Of a DNA stretch of 64,000 nucleotides, positions 19,352 to 27,976 are shown piece by piece. Under the pieces are notes generated by a model. That model was given only the letters and a program-made list of their open reading frames with translations. It was not told where the DNA came from and did no database searches. The DNA is from Mesoterricola sediminis (lineage in GTDB: Bacteria; Acidobacteriota; Holophagae; Holophagales; Holophagaceae), in NCBI RefSeq assembly GCF_030295425.1, contig NZ_AP027081.1, positions 2,108,965 through 2,172,964 on the forward strand, in the 5' to 3' direction. Position 1 is the stretch's first letter. The number at the start of each line of letters is the position of its first letter. The position numbers and the translations under genes are program-made.

Positions 19352-20125
19352 TCATGCCCGATCAGGGCGGAGGGTCAGGAGCGCCTCGCGGGGGAAACAG
19401 CGGACGACGGTCTCCCGGTCGCCGGGGGCGAAGCAGCTGAGGAAGGCCATGCCGTCCACCACCGCGGTGTCGGGCCGGGGGCCCTCCCGGAGGTAGGGCG
19501 CCAGGTCCAGCAATCCGCCGGGGAGGTGCTCGGGGGTCACGGTGCGGACGCCCCCGGGCCCCTCCAGGCGCACGGCGCCGGCCAGGAGCTGGTGGAGCCC
19601 ACCGGCGGCCTCTCCGGCCCGGTAGAGCACCTCCCCGTCCTGGGCCATGCGCCGGGCCGGGTCCAGGGCGAAGCGGGCCTGGAAGGCGGAGAGGGCCTCC
19701 AGGGTCTCCCGGAGGCGCCGGCTGAACTGGCGGCAGATCACCCGGGTCAGGGCGGGGCAGGCGTCGAGGATGGCGTCCAGGTGGGCCGGCTCCAGGCGGA
19801 GGACGCGGCTGAAGCCGGAGCTCCGCACGGAGGCCGAGCGCCGCTGGGTCCCCAGGTGGGCCATTTCCCCCACGATGGCCAGGCCCTCCTCCGAGGTCAG
19901 GCAGGCCACCACCACGGGCGCGGTGGCGGGGGGCAGGGGGGCCCGCTCCACGACGAGGGCGCCGTCCACCAGCACGAAGAGGTCGCGGGCCGCGTCCCCC
20001 TCCCGCACGAGGAACTCGCCGTCCCGGTAGGCGAGGGGCTCGATGCCGGGCTGGGTGCGCAGGAAGGCCTCCACGTCCGGCGGCAGCGGGATCGGGGAGG
20101 CCTGGGGATCGAATGGTTCGGGCAT
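19352..20125 (-). CDS. protein with two cyclic-nucleotide-binding (cNMP) domains, no DNA-binding domain
   Basis: Two FxxGDxxxxxxxxxxGxxxV-like cNMP modules (REGDAARDLFVLVDGALVVER; YRAGEAAGGLHQLLAGAVRLEG). Confidence 0.7.
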   Translation of the reverse strand: MPEPFDPQASPIPLPPDVEAFLRTQPGIEPLAYRDGEFLVREGDAARDLFVLVDGALVVERAPLPPATAPVVVACLTSEEGLAIVGEMAHLGTQRRSASVRSSGFSRVLRLEPAHLDAILDACPALTRVICRQFSRRLRETLEALSAFQARFALDPARRMAQDGEVLYRAGEAAGGLHQLLAGAVRLEGPGGVRTVTPEHLPGGLLDLAPYLREGPRPDTAVVDGMAFLSCFAPGDRETVVRCFPREALLTLRPDRA

Positions 20126-20140
20126 GGGGCCCGCCTCCGG

Positions 20141-20593
20141 TCAGTCCTGGACGGCGGGTTCGATGGGCGGGTGGGCCAGCCGGTGGGTGCGCTCGAAGCG
20201 GGCCACGTCCGACAGGGTCGCGTTGGAGAGTTCGTGGTAGATGCGGTTGCGCTCCTCCGTCCAGAAGGCGTGGACGGGGCAGGCCCGCTCATCCGAGCAC
20301 ACCGTCAGGCCCAGGAGGCAGCTGGTGCGCCATTCGTCCCCGTCCATGGCGTTGGCGATCTGCTCGATCGTGATCTCCTTGGCCGGGCGGGTGAGGATGA
20401 CGCCGCCCTTCCGGCCCCGCTTGGTGTCCACCAGCCGGGCCTTGCCCAGGGAATGGAAGACCTTGGAGAGATAGGGGCCCGGGGCCCCGATCCACTGGGC
20501 CACTTCCTGGACCATGATGGGTTCGCCCCCGGGGTCGTCCAGACAGCTCAGGGCGAGAATGGCGTAACCGGCGGACTGGGACAGTGGGTGCAA
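20141..20593 (-). CDS. Rrf2 family transcriptional regulator with three-Cys cluster (IscR/NsrR-like)
   Basis: AGYAILALSCL... HTH and SCLLGLTVCSDERACP. Start taken as TTG at 20593, so the start is uncertain; the listed ORF extends to 20659. Confidence 0.7.
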   Translation of the reverse strand: MHPLSQSAGYAILALSCLDDPGGEPIMVQEVAQWIGAPGPYLSKVFHSLGKARLVDTKRGRKGGVILTRPAKEITIEQIANAMDGDEWRTSCLLGLTVCSDERACPVHAFWTEERNRIYHELSNATLSDVARFERTHRLAHPPIEPAVQD

Positions 20594-20740
20594 GGCAGGA
20601 TCCCGTAAGGAAGGGAGGCCCGGGGTGGGGCCTAAGATAGACGATGGGAGAGTCCTCAAATCTATGCAAGAGATTCTTACCGCAACGGACCCGCCCCGCC
20701 AAGCAGGGAAAAGGCTGTAATTTCAATAAAAAAAGATCGA

Positions 20741-21520
20741 CTACTTCATCTTCACCAGTTTTCCCAGGCGCCGGGCGCGTCGGAGGGCCCACCCCGTGAA
20801 GAGGATGCCGCCGAGCAGCCAGGGCACGAGGGTTGCCAGGAACAGGAGCGGGCGGGCCTCGTCCAGGCCCAGGGGGGCCTTCACCAGGCCGAAGGCGTGG
20901 GTGGTGGGAAGGAGGCGGGCGAAGGCCTGGATGGGGGCCGGGAAGACGGTGACGGGGTAGAACACGCCGCTGAGGACGGCGATGACATCGGGGAAGGCGA
21001 AGATGAAGGCGAAGGCGTCGCCGCGCTTGAGGAAGGCGACGCCCAGGCTGTACACGGCCAGCACCAGGCCGCAGGCAGCGCAGGCGAGCATTCCCGCGGC
21101 GAGGCCCCGGGCGTCGGGGAAGCTGGCGTGGAAGAACCACCGGCCCAGGGCCAGGAAGAGGGCCGAGATGACGAGGATCTTGCCCAGGGCGCTCACGGCG
21201 CCGCCCAGGATGAACTCCCACCACCGGGCCGGGCTGATCATCACGTGCTCGATCATGCCCATCCAGTAGTTGTCCATGTAGATCTGGACGGCCTCCATCT
21301 GGAAGTGGTAGATCACGCGCCAGCCCAGGGCCCCCAGCACCACCAGGGCCAGGGTCCGGGGATCCGGCGTGAAGGCGCGGCAGAAGAGCCCCATGCTCAG
21401 GAGGAGCACCAGGGGCCAGAGGGTCACGTCCAGCAGACGGAAGGCGTCCCGGCGGAGGTTGAGGCCGATGTGGTACGCGTGCGCGGCGATCCGCAGGAGG
21501 GCCAGGCGCATCTCACGCAT
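20741..21520 (-). CDS. ABC-2 family transporter permease
   Basis: Six TM helices; 8-bp overlap with the upstream ATPase gene. Confidence 0.75.
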   Translation of the reverse strand: MREMRLALLRIAAHAYHIGLNLRRDAFRLLDVTLWPLVLLLSMGLFCRAFTPDPRTLALVVLGALGWRVIYHFQMEAVQIYMDNYWMGMIEHVMISPARWWEFILGGAVSALGKILVISALFLALGRWFFHASFPDARGLAAGMLACAACGLVLAVYSLGVAFLKRGDAFAFIFAFPDVIAVLSGVFYPVTVFPAPIQAFARLLPTTHAFGLVKAPLGLDEARPLLFLATLVPWLLGGILFTGWALRRARRLGKLVKMK

Positions 21521-22262
21521 CCGCCACCTCCAGCGATTCGCGGGTCAGGGCGAGGAAGACGTCCTCCAGGGTGGGCTCCGGCAGGTCCGGGGTCCGGACC
21601 AGGTCCTTGAGGGCCTGGGGCGAGCCCCCGGCGACGATCCGGCCGCCCGCGATGAGGTCGATGCCGGCGCACAGGTCTTCCGCCTCCCGCATGTAATGGG
21701 TGGTCAGGAGGATCGTGCACCCCTCCCGGGCGATGTCGCGGATCAGGTCCCGCACCGCCAGGGCGGCGTCCAGGTCGAGGCCCACCGTGGGCTCGTCCAG
21801 GAACAGGACGCGGGGGCGGTTGATGAGGCCCTTGGCGAGGAAGAACCGCTGGCGCCAGCCGCTGGAGAAGGAGGCCACCTCCTCGTCCCGGCGCGCCCAG
21901 AGGCCCGTGCGGCGGAGCACCTCCTCCACCCGCCCCAGGGGGGCGCCGTAGAGGAGGGCGTAGTAGATCAGCAGCTCGCGGGCCGTCACCTTCTCCAGGA
22001 CGCCGCTGAAGCCGCGGACCAGGTTCACCATGCGCTGGACCCGGGGCAGCTCGCGGCGCACGTCCAGCCCGAAGATCTCGACGGAGCCCGCGTCCGCCTC
22101 GGTGAGGCCGACCATGATGGCGATGAGGGTGGTCTTGCCTGCGCCGTTGGGGCCCAGGAGGCCGTGGATCTCCCCTTCGCGGATGGCGAGGTCCACGCCC
22201 GCCAGGGCCTGGCGGCCGGGCCCGAAGGCCTTGGTGACCTGCTTGACGAGTACGGCGTCCAC
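21513..22262 (-). CDS. ABC transporter ATP-binding protein
   Basis: Walker A GPNGAGKTT, signature FSSGWRQR, Walker B LFLDEPT. Confidence 0.9.
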   Translation of the reverse strand: MDAVLVKQVTKAFGPGRQALAGVDLAIREGEIHGLLGPNGAGKTTLIAIMVGLTEADAGSVEIFGLDVRRELPRVQRMVNLVRGFSGVLEKVTARELLIYYALLYGAPLGRVEEVLRRTGLWARRDEEVASFSSGWRQRFFLAKGLINRPRVLFLDEPTVGLDLDAALAVRDLIRDIAREGCTILLTTHYMREAEDLCAGIDLIAGGRIVAGGSPQALKDLVRTPDLPEPTLEDVFLALTRESLEVADA

Positions 22263-22383
22263 ACTTCCCTCCGGGCCCTTGGATGCGGTAACCCGGACGG
22301 GAGTTCCGGCGGGCGTCAGGGCTCCGCCGGCCGGGCTCCCAGCTTAGCCGCGATCCTGCCCGCCGGCTCCCACCGGGCCCGCG

Positions 22384-24054
22384 TCAGCGGCGCCGGGGGC
22401 GGCCCACGTTGACGCCGCGGAAGGCCAGGTCCACGGCCTGCCATTCGGGACTGCGGGGGCCGTAGAGTTCCTGGGCGCAGGCGAGGGCGCCGGCGCGGGC
22501 CTGCCGGTAGCCGCTGCGGGGCGTCAGGCGGGTGGTCAGGGTGCGCCACCAGATGCGGAGCGCCTTGTCGAGGCCGATGCCGGCCATGCCGTGGGGAAGC
22601 CGGGGGCTGTAGGCGGGGTGGCCCCGGCGGGCGCTCGCGCCCTGGGCGAGGAAGGTGAAGGCCCGGTTCATGGGGCCGGAGGCCTGGTGAACGTCCCGGT
22701 AGGCCAGGGTGGGGCTCCAGGCGTCCAGGCTGATCCGGTCCCGGCTGGGGCGGTCCAGGGTGCGGATGGGGGTCCCCGCCACCTCGGCGCCGATGGTCCA
22801 GTCGCAGGGCCCGTCGGGGATGACGGGGCCGCGCCCTCCGGCGCGCTTCACATAGTGGCGGATGAGGACGCCCAGGATGTCGCTGTTGGCTTCGCACAGG
22901 CCCCCGGGCTCCCCCTCGTAGTCCAGCCCCGCGGTGGCGTTGCAGAGGCCGTGGGCCAGCTCGTGGCCCACCACGTCGAGGGTGGTGTAGGGCCGGCCGC
23001 CGGCGCCGTCCCCGAAGGTCATGCAGAAGCAGTCGTCGGACCAGAAGGCGTTGTCGAAGCCCTCGGCGTAGTGGACGCGGTTGACCGGGGGCGTGCCGAG
23101 GCCGTCGATGCCGTTCCGCCCGAGCACGTTCCGGCAGAAATCCCAGGCGGACTGGAGGCCGAAGTGGGCGTCCACGGCCGCGGTCTGGCCGTTCACCGAG
23201 CCGGGTCCGCGGCCCGGGTCGTAGTCCAGGCCGTCCCCCCAGGTGGGCGTGGCGCTGGCGCAGGGGGCGCCGGGGCCGGCGGTGGCCCCCCCCAGGTTGC
23301 GCGTGGTGATGCCGCCCCGGGTGGGATCCAGGAGTTCGTATCCCAGGCCGGAGGCCAGGGCTCCGAGGGGGACCTCGCCGCTGTACTGGGAGCGCCCCGT
23401 GCCTTCGGCGGGCTTGCCCTCGCGGGGCGGCTCCAGGAGGTTCCGCCGGGCGGTGTAGAGGGTGGACCAGGCGCGCAGGACCGCCCCGGTGTGGGCGTCC
23501 ACGAGCACGTCCTCGCACCGGGGCTCCCGGGCCCCGGGCCCCACCTCGACCCGGGCGTGCCAGGCCAGGTGGTGGCGGACGACGACGGGCTCCGCGGCGG
23601 GATCGGCCCCGTCCGCGCCCTCGGGGATGCGCGTCTCCGTCGCCGGCCACAGCACCAGGTCCGGGGGCCGGAGCACCCCGTCCGCGGGGCAGCCGGGGCG
23701 GCCCCGGACGACGGCCAGGGCCTCGGCGGCCTGGAGGTTGGGGGTCACGTCCAGGGCGATGTCCCGCACGAGCGCGTCCGTGGGGGGCGCCGTGGGGCCG
23801 GCGGGGCCGCGGTGGAGGATGATCTGGCCGCCCCACACGGGCACGCCGCGCCAGGTCTGCTGGAGGCGCACGTGGACGGCGCCCGGGCCGTCGGCCACCA
23901 CGTCGCGGAGGCGGAAGCCGGTGCCCTCGGGCAGGCCCAGCGCGGCCAGGGAGGCCTGGGCCTCGGCCAGGGCGGCCGAGGCCTCCGGGTCGGGGGGCGC
24001 CGCGGCCCCGGCCAGGACGGTCAGGCAGAGAAAGAGCAGGGGGAGTACGGGCAT
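22384..24054 (-). CDS. M4 (thermolysin-like) zinc metallopeptidase, secreted
   Basis: HELAHG...EANSD zinc motifs, FCMTFGDG; signal peptide MPVLPLLFLCLTVLAGAAA from the internal ATG at 24054. Confidence 0.85.
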   Translation of the reverse strand: MPVLPLLFLCLTVLAGAAAPPDPEASAALAEAQASLAALGLPEGTGFRLRDVVADGPGAVHVRLQQTWRGVPVWGGQIILHRGPAGPTAPPTDALVRDIALDVTPNLQAAEALAVVRGRPGCPADGVLRPPDLVLWPATETRIPEGADGADPAAEPVVVRHHLAWHARVEVGPGAREPRCEDVLVDAHTGAVLRAWSTLYTARRNLLEPPREGKPAEGTGRSQYSGEVPLGALASGLGYELLDPTRGGITTRNLGGATAGPGAPCASATPTWGDGLDYDPGRGPGSVNGQTAAVDAHFGLQSAWDFCRNVLGRNGIDGLGTPPVNRVHYAEGFDNAFWSDDCFCMTFGDGAGGRPYTTLDVVGHELAHGLCNATAGLDYEGEPGGLCEANSDILGVLIRHYVKRAGGRGPVIPDGPCDWTIGAEVAGTPIRTLDRPSRDRISLDAWSPTLAYRDVHQASGPMNRAFTFLAQGASARRGHPAYSPRLPHGMAGIGLDKALRIWWRTLTTRLTPRSGYRQARAGALACAQELYGPRSPEWQAVDLAFRGVNVGRPRRR

Positions 24055-24308
24055 GACGGCCTCCAGGCAGGGGCGGAAGGTCAGGGTTCGACCTGATTCA
24101 CGCGAATTGGGAGGTGGGATGCCGCCACGGCGCCGTCCATGCCAGGGCGCGACGCTTTTTTCAGGGTCGCCCCAGGGCGTGTTCGGAATGCCTAGGGTGT
24201 GTTCGTAATCTAGGATAGTAATGGCTAATACCCATCCGTGCCGGAGCATGGAGGAGCTGGAATAGTGAGTCTGTGCTGCAGTGCCTGATGGCGCCGCGCA
24301 TTCGCAGC

Positions 24309-24687
24309 ATCCTATTGGAACGCGGAGGCGCGGAGGATCTCGCTGAGGCTCGCGGAGAAAGGATCAAGCCCACAAGCCCCCTCCACTCGATATCCAGGAA
24401 AACCTCCCGCTTCACCTTATGGCCGGCCAGTCTCAGGGAGTGCGCCAGACAGACCTTGTAGGGATCTTCCAGGAGTCCGTGCCCCAGAGCCTTCTGGATC
24501 TCGATGGCCTCCCCGATGATGGCCTGGGTGATCTCCTTGTGCGGATGATCCTCCCCGTCGACCTCTCCCCAATGCCTTCCCATCACGCCTCCCGTTGGGA
24601 CGTGTCATTGGGAGGTGGCAGGTTCCAGGAGCGCTTTCCTCCGCGACCCTCTGCGAGATCCTCCGCGCCTCCGCGTTTCATAGGATC
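24309..24687. repeat. 57-bp near-perfect inverted repeat pair (24309-24365 and 24631-24687) bracketing 265 bp
   Basis: ATCCTATGGAACGCGGAGGCGCGGAGGATCTCGCTGAGGCTCGCGGAGAAAGGATC versus the reverse complement of the right copy: 4 mismatches over 57. Confidence 0.8.
24366..24586 (-). pseudogene. GxxExxY-family (PD-(D/E)XK-like) gene fragment, N-terminal ~73 codons only
   Basis: KEITQAIIGEAIEIQKALGHGLLEDPYKVCLAHSLRLAGHKVKREVFLDIEWRG matches the family N-terminus. Similarity stops at the left inverted-repeat copy. Confidence 0.5.
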
Positions 24688-24719
24688 AATGAGGATCCGG
24701 AACGCTTGTCACCCTCCGC

Positions 24720-25253
24720 TCATAGCCTCAGCCAGATCACGATGCAGGCCAAAGCCACCTGGGCTGAGAAACTTCGCGCCGTTTTGTCGAACCTGGTGGC
24801 CAGCGCCCTGAACTGTTTGAGCTTGGCGAACCCATGCTCGATGGCATGGCGGGCCTTGTATAGGTGTGAGACCCAGGCCGCCGGATTCTTGCGCCGGGGA
24901 TGAGGTGGGATGACGGCTGTCGCACCCATGGCCTCGATCGCCTTCCTTACCGGGTTCCCATCGTAGGCCCGATCTCCGAACACGTACTCTGCCTGCCAAC
25001 CGCACAGCAATCCTTCAGCAGACCGGCTTTCATGGGCTTGCCCCGGAGTGACCAGGAAATCCAAAGGATTACCGTGGGCATCGCAGATCAAATGGATCTT
25101 GGTCGAGCATCCACCCCGAGATCGTCCGAGCGCCTGGTTCCAGAGCCCCCCCTTTTGCCTGCTGAATGTTGATGAGCGCGAAGGATGGTGCCATCCAGCA
25201 TGACCCACTCCAGGTCGGCTTCCTTGCGCAGGAACTCCAGGATCCTTTGCCAC
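24720..25253 (-). CDS. IS5-family transposase, orfB (DDE catalytic part)
   Basis: DRAYD and HAIEHGFAKLKQFRALATRFDK motifs typical of IS5/IS427 orfB. Confidence 0.85.
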   Translation of the reverse strand: MAKDPGVPAQGSRPGVGHAGWHHPSRSSTFSRQKGGLWNQALGRSRGGCSTKIHLICDAHGNPLDFLVTPGQAHESRSAEGLLCGWQAEYVFGDRAYDGNPVRKAIEAMGATAVIPPHPRRKNPAAWVSHLYKARHAIEHGFAKLKQFRALATRFDKTARSFSAQVALACIVIWLRL

Positions 25254-25375
25254 ACGCCGCGCTTGGTCCAGGCCTCAAATCGCGTGTACACGCTTGTCCA
25301 AGGTCCAAATTCCTCCGGCGGAAGGAGCGGTTCAAGCTTTGCCCACATGGCATCGGTCAGGAAACTTCTCGGCAT
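25088..25375 (-). CDS. IS5-family transposase, orfA (N-terminal HTH part); fused to orfB by frameshift
   Basis: LTDAMWAKLEPLLPP N-terminus. Overlap with orfB contains AAAAGGGGGGGG (minus strand of 25146-25157), a slippage-prone tract. Confidence 0.8.
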   Translation of the reverse strand: MPRSFLTDAMWAKLEPLLPPEEFGPWTSVYTRFEAWTKRGVWQRILEFLRKEADLEWVMLDGTILRAHQHSAGKRGGSGTRRSDDLGVDARPRSI

Positions 25376-25515
25376 CGTTACCCCAGGAAAATTCGTGGTG
25401 TACGAGCCTTTACGTATGAGTACAAGTTAACTATTTATCTAATCTATAGATTCCGAACACAGCCTAATCAGGGATGGCTGATACCCGTTCGGGTCGGAGC
25501 TTGGCGGACGCGGCC

Positions 25516-25944
25516 CTACGGGAGGCCGGCGGCCACCTCCGCCGCGAGGCGGTCCAGGTTCTCGCCGTTGGCCTTCTCCAGGAAGGCCCGGGCCGATTCG
25601 GCGAACGCCGCGTCCTCGAAGACCTGCGCCCATGCCAGCCGCGTGCCCGTGCCTTCGGGGGCGAGGTCCAGGGTGAGTTCGAAGGGGGGCGGACAGGTGT
25701 GCTTGAGGCGCATCCGCCGGTCGGGGACGATCTCCAGGAACACGGCCTGGTTGGCGTAGGCCTTTCCGTCCGGCCCGTGCATGGTGTGGTCCCAGGCCCC
25801 CCCTTCCCGGAAATCGAAGACATGGAAGGTGTTGGTGAAACCCGCCGGCCCCCACCACCGGGCCAGGCGTTCGGGCTCCCGGATGGCCGCGAAGACCGCG
25901 GCGGGGGGGGCGGGCAACCATCGGGTGGTGCGGAACGCGGCCAT
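25516..25944 (-). CDS. SRPBCC-superfamily protein (Aha1/polyketide-cyclase-like)
   Basis: 142 aa; PAAVFAAIREPERLARWWGP pattern typical of AHSA1/SRPBCC domains. Confidence 0.65.
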   Translation of the reverse strand: MAAFRTTRWLPAPPAAVFAAIREPERLARWWGPAGFTNTFHVFDFREGGAWDHTMHGPDGKAYANQAVFLEIVPDRRMRLKHTCPPPFELTLDLAPEGTGTRLAWAQVFEDAAFAESARAFLEKANGENLDRLAAEVAAGLP

Positions 25945-26005
25945 GGGGCCTCCGGATGAGCCTCCGGATTATAGCGGGCGAATTGTCCCTGCCGGGGGGC
26001 CCGGA

Positions 26006-27049
26006 TCAGCGGGCGGCGGGGCGGATCACCCGGGCCTTCAGGACCAGGACGAGGTCCTTGGCCTGCGCCTCGCCGCCGGCGAGGAGGCCCCCGAAGGCCG
26101 CCGTCTCCCCGTCCTTCACCCGCACGGAGGTGCGCAGCATGGTTTCCGGATGGGCCTGGTCAGGCGCGGCCGCGGGGGTGGCAGCGCAGTCCAGGGCCAG
26201 GGTGAGGGTGCCGTCGGGGTGGATCCGGGGCTTCACCATCACCCGGTACCGGCCGGTTTCCAGGGCGGGGACCCGCACCTCGGCGGTGTCGCCGGCCACC
26301 ACCCGCACGAAGGGTTTGGCCAGCATCCGGGTTCCACCCGCTTTCCGCAGGGTCTCCAGGGCCCGCTCCAGGCCAGGGGTCTGGCCCTGCGGGGTCGGGG
26401 CCGCCGCGGCCAGGGCCGGGAGGCCCGCCGCCTGGGTCGCTTGGCGGTCCCCTTCCAGGATTTCCAGGTCGATCTGCACCTCGGCCTTGGCCTTGTCCAC
26501 GTTGGCGAGGAGGTCCTCCACCGCGGCCAGGTCGGCCGTGTTGCCCAGGACGGTCAAGGCGCCCATGCGCTTGTCGGGGAAGATGCGGAGCTGGGGATGG
26601 AGGGCGTTGAGGGTCTGCCGGACCTGGTCCGGGTCCGCGAAGGCGAGGGTGTAGGTGCGCTGGACCCGCGTCTCGAATTCCTGGAGGTTCTGGGGGGTCC
26701 TCTTGAAGATCATGACGGCGTCGTGCGCCAGCACTTTGGCGAAGAGGTTGTTCTGCAGCAGGACGAGGTCCAGGGCCTGCTGGAAGGGGAGCCGGCGCAG
26801 GTCCGCGGCGACGGTGGTCTCCTGGGCGGCCACGGCGGCATGGAGGCTGATGGCCACGCCCCCGGCCTTGCCGAGGCGCTGGAGGACCTCCTTCAGGGGC
26901 GCGCCCCCGGTGAAGTCCAGACCCGCGTCCGCCATGGGGCGGGGCTTGAGGATGGGCGGTTCCTGGGCGGGAGGCGCCGCCAGGAGGGGGCTCCAGGCCA
27001 GGGCGAGGGCGAGGCAGCCTTGGGAAATACGCGAGGACGGGTGGGCCAT
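26006..27049 (-). CDS. secretin N-domain-like periplasmic protein (no C-terminal secretin beta-barrel)
   Basis: Signal peptide; repeated ~70-aa modules resembling Secretin_N/STN domains; only 347 aa. Confidence 0.4.
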   Translation of the reverse strand: MAHPSSRISQGCLALALAWSPLLAAPPAQEPPILKPRPMADAGLDFTGGAPLKEVLQRLGKAGGVAISLHAAVAAQETTVAADLRRLPFQQALDLVLLQNNLFAKVLAHDAVMIFKRTPQNLQEFETRVQRTYTLAFADPDQVRQTLNALHPQLRIFPDKRMGALTVLGNTADLAAVEDLLANVDKAKAEVQIDLEILEGDRQATQAAGLPALAAAAPTPQGQTPGLERALETLRKAGGTRMLAKPFVRVVAGDTAEVRVPALETGRYRVMVKPRIHPDGTLTLALDCAATPAAAPDQAHPETMLRTSVRVKDGETAAFGGLLAGGEAQAKDLVLVLKARVIRPAAR

Positions 27050-27115
27050 GGTCCGGTTCCTTCTGGGGGCTGGGAGGGTGTGGAACCACCCTAGCACGCG
27101 CCGGACCGCCCGGGG

Positions 27116-27490
27116 CTACAGGGTCTGGTCGACCTGCTCCGGGGTGACCACCAGGGCCGCCCGGGCCCAGGCGAACCGGGCCTTGACCTGGTCGAAGGCC
27201 GGGCCCGAGGCGTGGAGGCGGGCCGTGCCGCGGATCAGGAACCCGGTGCCGGGGCCGTGGGCCCCGGGCACCTCCCGGCTGCCCAGGGTGACCAGCACGC
27301 GGTCGCTGACGGCCAGGTTGGCCTCCGTGTGGTGCATGCCCCCCACGGGCACGAGCACGCGCCCGTCGCCGGCGACCTGCAGGTAGGAGTTCCAGGAATT
27401 CACCAGGTGCGGCCCCTCGGGGCCCTGGGTGGCGATGGCCACCACGCCTTCGTGCCGCAGGACCTGGAGGAGGGTGTCGGGGAGCGTCAT
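27116..27490 (-). CDS. pyridoxamine 5'-phosphate oxidase-family (FMN-binding split barrel) protein
   Basis: 124 aa; [18 protein letters not shown] pattern. Confidence 0.6.
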   Translation of the reverse strand: MTLPDTLLQVLRHEGVVAIATQGPEGPHLVNSWNSYLQVAGDGRVLVPVGGMHHTEANLAVSDRVLVTLGSREVPGAHGPGTGFLIRGTARLHASGPAFDQVKARFAWARAALVVTPEQVDQTL

Positions 27491-27751
27491 GGGAACCTCG
27501 GGGTGGCCCGGGCCGGAAGGACCGGGGGGACAGGTCTACCGCGGGACCGCCGGGGACCGCAACCCCGAATGCGGGGACCCCGCGCGGAACGGCCGCCTGG
27601 CGGGGGAACGGGGGTGCCATGGGAATCGAGAAATGCTTCTCAAATCACGCGGGCCCGGGGGGCCAGGATGTCGGTGGACGGGCGGGCCGGCTTGGCTATG
27701 CTGGGAGACAGTCGGCCGTAGCCGGGCCGCGGGTCAACGAGGAGGTCGCAC

Positions 27752-27976
27752 ATGTGCCTGGGCATCCCCGGCAGGGTGGTGGACGTGGAGGACGGACCCC
27801 TCCGCCTCGGCCACGTGGCCTTCGGGGACGTGGTCAAGGAGGTCACCCTGGCCTTCGTCCCGGACGCGGCGCCGGGGGACTACGTCGTGGTCCACGCCGG
27901 ATCGGGGATCGAGGTCATCGACGAGGAGAAGGCCCGGCGCGTCCTGGAGACCCTGAGGATCCTGGAGGAGCCGTGA
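27752..27976 (+). CDS. hypC: hydrogenase maturation factor HypC/HupF
   Basis: Invariant N-terminus MCLGIP; 74 aa; GAGGAGG RBS. Confidence 0.9.
   Translation: MCLGIPGRVVDVEDGPLRLGHVAFGDVVKEVTLAFVPDAAPGDYVVVHAGSGIEVIDEEKARRVLETLRILEEP

Larger units (their letters stand above)
24175..25464 (-). mobile_element. IS5-family (IS427-group-like) element, composite. Terminal IR GGCTGTGTTCGGAATCTATAG at the right end, tandem IR-like copies at the left end, nested passenger DNA
   Basis: Right terminus 25443-25464 matches (16-17 of 21) two tandem copies at 24175-24195 and 24196-24218. OrfA/orfB transposase pair inside. Total 1.29 kb, too long for the group unless 24220-24700 is nested DNA. Confidence 0.55.

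Noticed and set aside
20660-20700. ATCTATGCAAGAGAT as an NsrR/Rrf2 operator in front of the Rrf2 gene
   Set aside because: Only the outer four bases are dyad-symmetric. The resemblance to ATGCAT-type NsrR boxes is superficial.
27600-27660. Possible sigma-54 promoter (GG...GC) upstream of hypC
   Set aside because: The GG-to-GC spacing does not fit TGGCAC-N5-TTGC. Only a generic GAGAA-N4-TTCTC dyad remains, which I do not consider sufficient.
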